From an uncultured Gemmatimonadales bacterium (GTDB lineage Bacteria > Gemmatimonadota > Gemmatimonadetes > Longimicrobiales > RSA9), in contig CAVUKA010000003.1 of assembly GCA_963741945.1 (NCBI GenBank), positions 819,998 through 883,997 of the forward strand: a stretch of 64,000 bases of DNA, in the 5' to 3' direction. This document shows, one piece after another, positions 61,635 to 64,000 of the stretch. The stretch's first letter is position 1, and every line of letters starts with the position of its first letter. The position numbers were made by a program, and so were the translations under genes. The notes beneath the pieces are model-generated. The model ran no database searches and was not told the origin of the DNA. It saw only the letters and a list, made by a program, of their open reading frames with translations.

Positions 61635-63061
61635 TAGTTTCGCTCCGCTCGCAGGGCCAGTAGTTCCTCGGGGGTGCGCCATTCCTCGCGGAATGCCGCC
61701 TCAAGCTGGCTATAGATCCCGGCCCGGCGGTTCATCCCCATGTAGCTACGTTCAACGTCCAGGAGCTTGGCGACCAGTTCAGCCGGGACCTCATGCTCCG
61801 AGCAGATCTCGGCCAGAATGGCGGTCTCCCGAACTCCGTAGCTCCCATTGTCGTCCACCAGCCACGCGAGGTCCACCCCTTTAACTTGGCGATAGATGGC
61901 CGGTACGGAGTCCTGCCAATCCTGGCGCTCAACTCTCCAGATGCGCCGGATCTCGTGAAGCTCCGATTCCGAGATCAGCGCGAAATCGGTGTCGCCGGAC
62001 ATTTCCTGTGCGGCCACCTCGGCCTCGAGCAGCTGTTTCAGAAAGGCGCGACAGGTCTCGAGCGAGTAGGGGCCAGGAATGATGGAACCGTCTTGTTTGA
62101 ACGAAACCCTACCGTTCTTCCGCTTGTACTCGCGAAGCTCCACCTTTCGCTCTGGGTCCTGCGTCTTCGCGAGCATGTTTCTGAAATCGAGCAGGGGTGT
62201 GAGCCACTCCTGCCCCGAACGGACGAGCGACTCCATGGACTGGTCCTTTACCACCACTGTGCAAACCCAGCATCCGAAGCGGCTATTGCCGCAGGAGGGT
62301 GTTGTCTCGTCAATGACTAGGGGGCATTCGCCCGCGTTCGCGTTCCGATACAAGTCGAGGAGTTCGTGATTATCGTTCCCCCACGGCGAGTCGACCTCGA
62401 GGAGGAACGACCAAATGTCCCGGACCGAGAACTCCTCCACAGGCGTGTAGACAAAGGCATTCGGGAGGCTGGAGTGGCGCTTCAGCAGTTTGCCCGGGAT
62501 GCGGTGGAGGCTGAGCACCTGGTCTCTGGTGGTACTCTCACCCCTTCTTACACCCAGGATCATGACGACCTCGCCGTGTTCTGCAACGCGATCGAGGATG
62601 AACTTGTTCGCCGGCTTGATCTTGAGGCGGTCGGTGCACCAGCGGAAGCGGCTAGAGGGTGCCGCGTACCCATGACCGAGGAGGTTCACCCAAAAACTAT
62701 CCGCGAGGGCTGGCTCAACCTTTTCGGCGTGAAAAGGTAGCCCATGGGCGGCAGCGGCCTCGTTGATGCGTGCCAGCGTCGTGTCAATGTACTCAACGAT
62801 AACCGGCGTCTCGACCTGGGTGTCCGAGGCGATGACGAAGATCTTCTTCTTACGCTTCTCGGCTGGCAGGCTGCGTACTGCTTCCCAAATCAGCTGTAGC
62901 GCGGCCGTACTGTCCTTCCCGCCGCTATAACCCACGATCCAAGGGCGGTCATCGCCCACGTAAACTGTGCGAATTTCGTCATAGATATCGTCGATTGTCC
63001 TGTGATCGAACACCGAAGGCGGCTCGTCTTCGGAAACCACCCGAACCAACTGCTCAGCCAC
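61634..63061 (-). CDS. dndC: DNA phosphorothioation sulfurtransferase DndC
   Basis: WIVGYSGGKDS, RWCTDRLKI.P, GECPLV, SCGNSRFGCWVCTVV. Confidence 0.97.
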   Translation of the reverse strand: MAEQLVRVVSEDEPPSVFDHRTIDDIYDEIRTVYVGDDRPWIVGYSGGKDSTAALQLIWEAVRSLPAEKRKKKIFVIASDTQVETPVIVEYIDTTLARINEAAAAHGLPFHAEKVEPALADSFWVNLLGHGYAAPSSRFRWCTDRLKIKPANKFILDRVAEHGEVVMILGVRRGESTTRDQVLSLHRIPGKLLKRHSSLPNAFVYTPVEEFSVRDIWSFLLEVDSPWGNDNHELLDLYRNANAGECPLVIDETTPSCGNSRFGCWVCTVVVKDQSMESLVRSGQEWLTPLLDFRNMLAKTQDPERKVELREYKRKNGRVSFKQDGSIIPGPYSLETCRAFLKQLLEAEVAAQEMSGDTDFALISESELHEIRRIWRVERQDWQDSVPAIYRQVKGVDLAWLVDDNGSYGVRETAILAEICSEHEVPAELVAKLLDVERSYMGMNRRAGIYSQLEAAFREEWRTPEELLALRAERN

Positions 63062-63401
63062 GCTGCCCCCAATGGGGCGATCCCGCCCCGTCGAAAAGAT
63101 TTGGTTCGTCGCGTTCGGCCTCGCTCTGGTCGAGTCTGCGTGCCTCCGCTTCCTCAGCCAAAACCTGCCCTAAGCGCTTAGAAACCGCCAATATCCGCTC
63201 ACCCTGAATCTGCAGAATTGCAGCAACCGCCTTCAGGTTATCCGGCCGAGGTACGCGCTCCCCCGTCCGCCAGTAGTGTAGGGTTTGAGGGTGTAGCCCG
63301 GCCCGCTGCATCACCGCGCGGATGGAGAGCTGCGAGGCCTGTGCAGCTTCCTCTGCGAGCTTCTGCAGTTGGTCCGTGCTGATCGTTTGCCAGTCAGCCA
63401 T
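63054..63401 (-). CDS. XRE-like HTH protein overlapping the dndC start
   Basis: LSIRAVMQRAGLHPQTLHYWRTGERVPRPDNL HTH pattern. Confidence 0.7.
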   Translation of the reverse strand: MADWQTISTDQLQKLAEEAAQASQLSIRAVMQRAGLHPQTLHYWRTGERVPRPDNLKAVAAILQIQGERILAVSKRLGQVLAEEAEARRLDQSEAERDEPNLFDGAGSPHWGQRG

Positions 63402-63428
63402 AGGTGCTGCGGGATACGAAGTTAGACA

Positions 63429-63457
63429 ATCGTAAAACATCTTCCTCCTGTTGACAA
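63429..63457 (-). promoter_or_regulatory. Putative sigma70 promoter of the HTH-dnd operon
   Basis: Minus strand TTGTCA-17 nt-TACGAT, about 28 nt before the HTH ATG. Confidence 0.6.
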
Positions 63458-63590
63458 GAATCTCAACTTCTCGCCCCGGATACTAGTGCTGGCTGGAAGA
63501 CGGAGGCGAAGGCGACCCCCGGGACGGCTGCACTGCCGATTTTGCTTGACGGCTGAGTCCTCCCAAACTCCGAACCTTCGCGAGCGGATT

Positions 63591-64000
63591 CTACACGAAC
63601 AGGTGGTCGGCGGTATCAATGAGTTCGTCCAGGATCTCGGCGTATCGGGGAAGAAACTCCTCTGGGCTTCGAGGCTGTGCGTCCCCGTAGCGCTCGACCA
63701 GCAGGTCGAACCCGCCGCTGGCGTAGCGGTTCAATAGAGCCACACCTTCAGCACCGAGAGCCAGCGCTCTCGAGTTGACCAGCTGTGAAAGCAATTCTTG
63801 AATCTCTTTCCGGTCTTCGACGCGGTAGCCTACGCGCGCCATTTGAGCCAGCAATAAGAGCGACACGAATATCAACTCGACGGGCTTATAATCCTCGATC
63901 ACGTACTGGACAAAGACCGGCGCCGGAATCCCGGCCTCCCCTGGATCGCTGCTCCGCTGCCCGAACAGACCGAGCATCGCGCACAAGTGATAAATATCCC
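63591..64000 (-). CDS. Partial protein (5' end outside window), possibly dnd-associated protein 4 / PbeD-like
   Basis: Frame open to the window end; NRYASGGFDLL resembles the YANGG motif of dnd-associated small proteins; adjacent to the dnd operon. Confidence 0.5.
   Translation of the reverse strand, partial: DIYHLCAMLGLFGQRSSDPGEAGIPAPVFVQYVIEDYKPVELIFVSLLLLAQMARVGYRVEDRKEIQELLSQLVNSRALALGAEGVALLNRYASGGFDLLVERYGDAQPRSPEEFLPRYAEILDELIDTADHLFV

Noticed and set aside
63451-63486. Plus-strand promoter TTGACA...TACTAG
   Set aside because: Spacer is about 24 nt and no credible plus-strand gene follows; the minus-strand promoter fits better.

Overview
High-GC bacterial chromosome segment, probably Gemmatimonadota; this is inferred from the 16S sequence and gene content, with no database check. 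1-30.5 kb is core genome: the 5' ~1.48 kb of a minus-strand 16S rRNA gene with two tandem sigma70 promoters, then typA, transporters, dnaE-accA-ricT-metG, an M23 peptidase, fadJ, DsbA/VKOR and gyrA. 30.6-39.4 kb is a repeat-rich accessory block. It holds a GxxExxY nuclease embedded in about 10 REP-like repeats in both orientations, an atypical type IA topoisomerase, a SIR2 NADase fused to a degenerate receiver domain followed by a Nudix gene, a ~540-bp 9-mer array and an AbiEi/DUF559 gene. 39.5-46.8 kb has a split S9 peptidase, an octaheme cytochrome lipoprotein, a ZIP transporter and an oxidoreductase. 46.8-64 kb is a decaying defence island. It contains duplicated HIT genes, an HNH nuclease, about six toxin-antitoxin remnants whose toxins are damaged or missing, and a triple-nested IS stack (IS21 in IS3 in IS3) with resolvable target duplications. 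It ends in a lower-GC DNA phosphorothioation operon (HTH-dndC-dndD-dndE-dndA plus an IS-truncated DGQHR-like gene). All family assignments come from motif recognition only.
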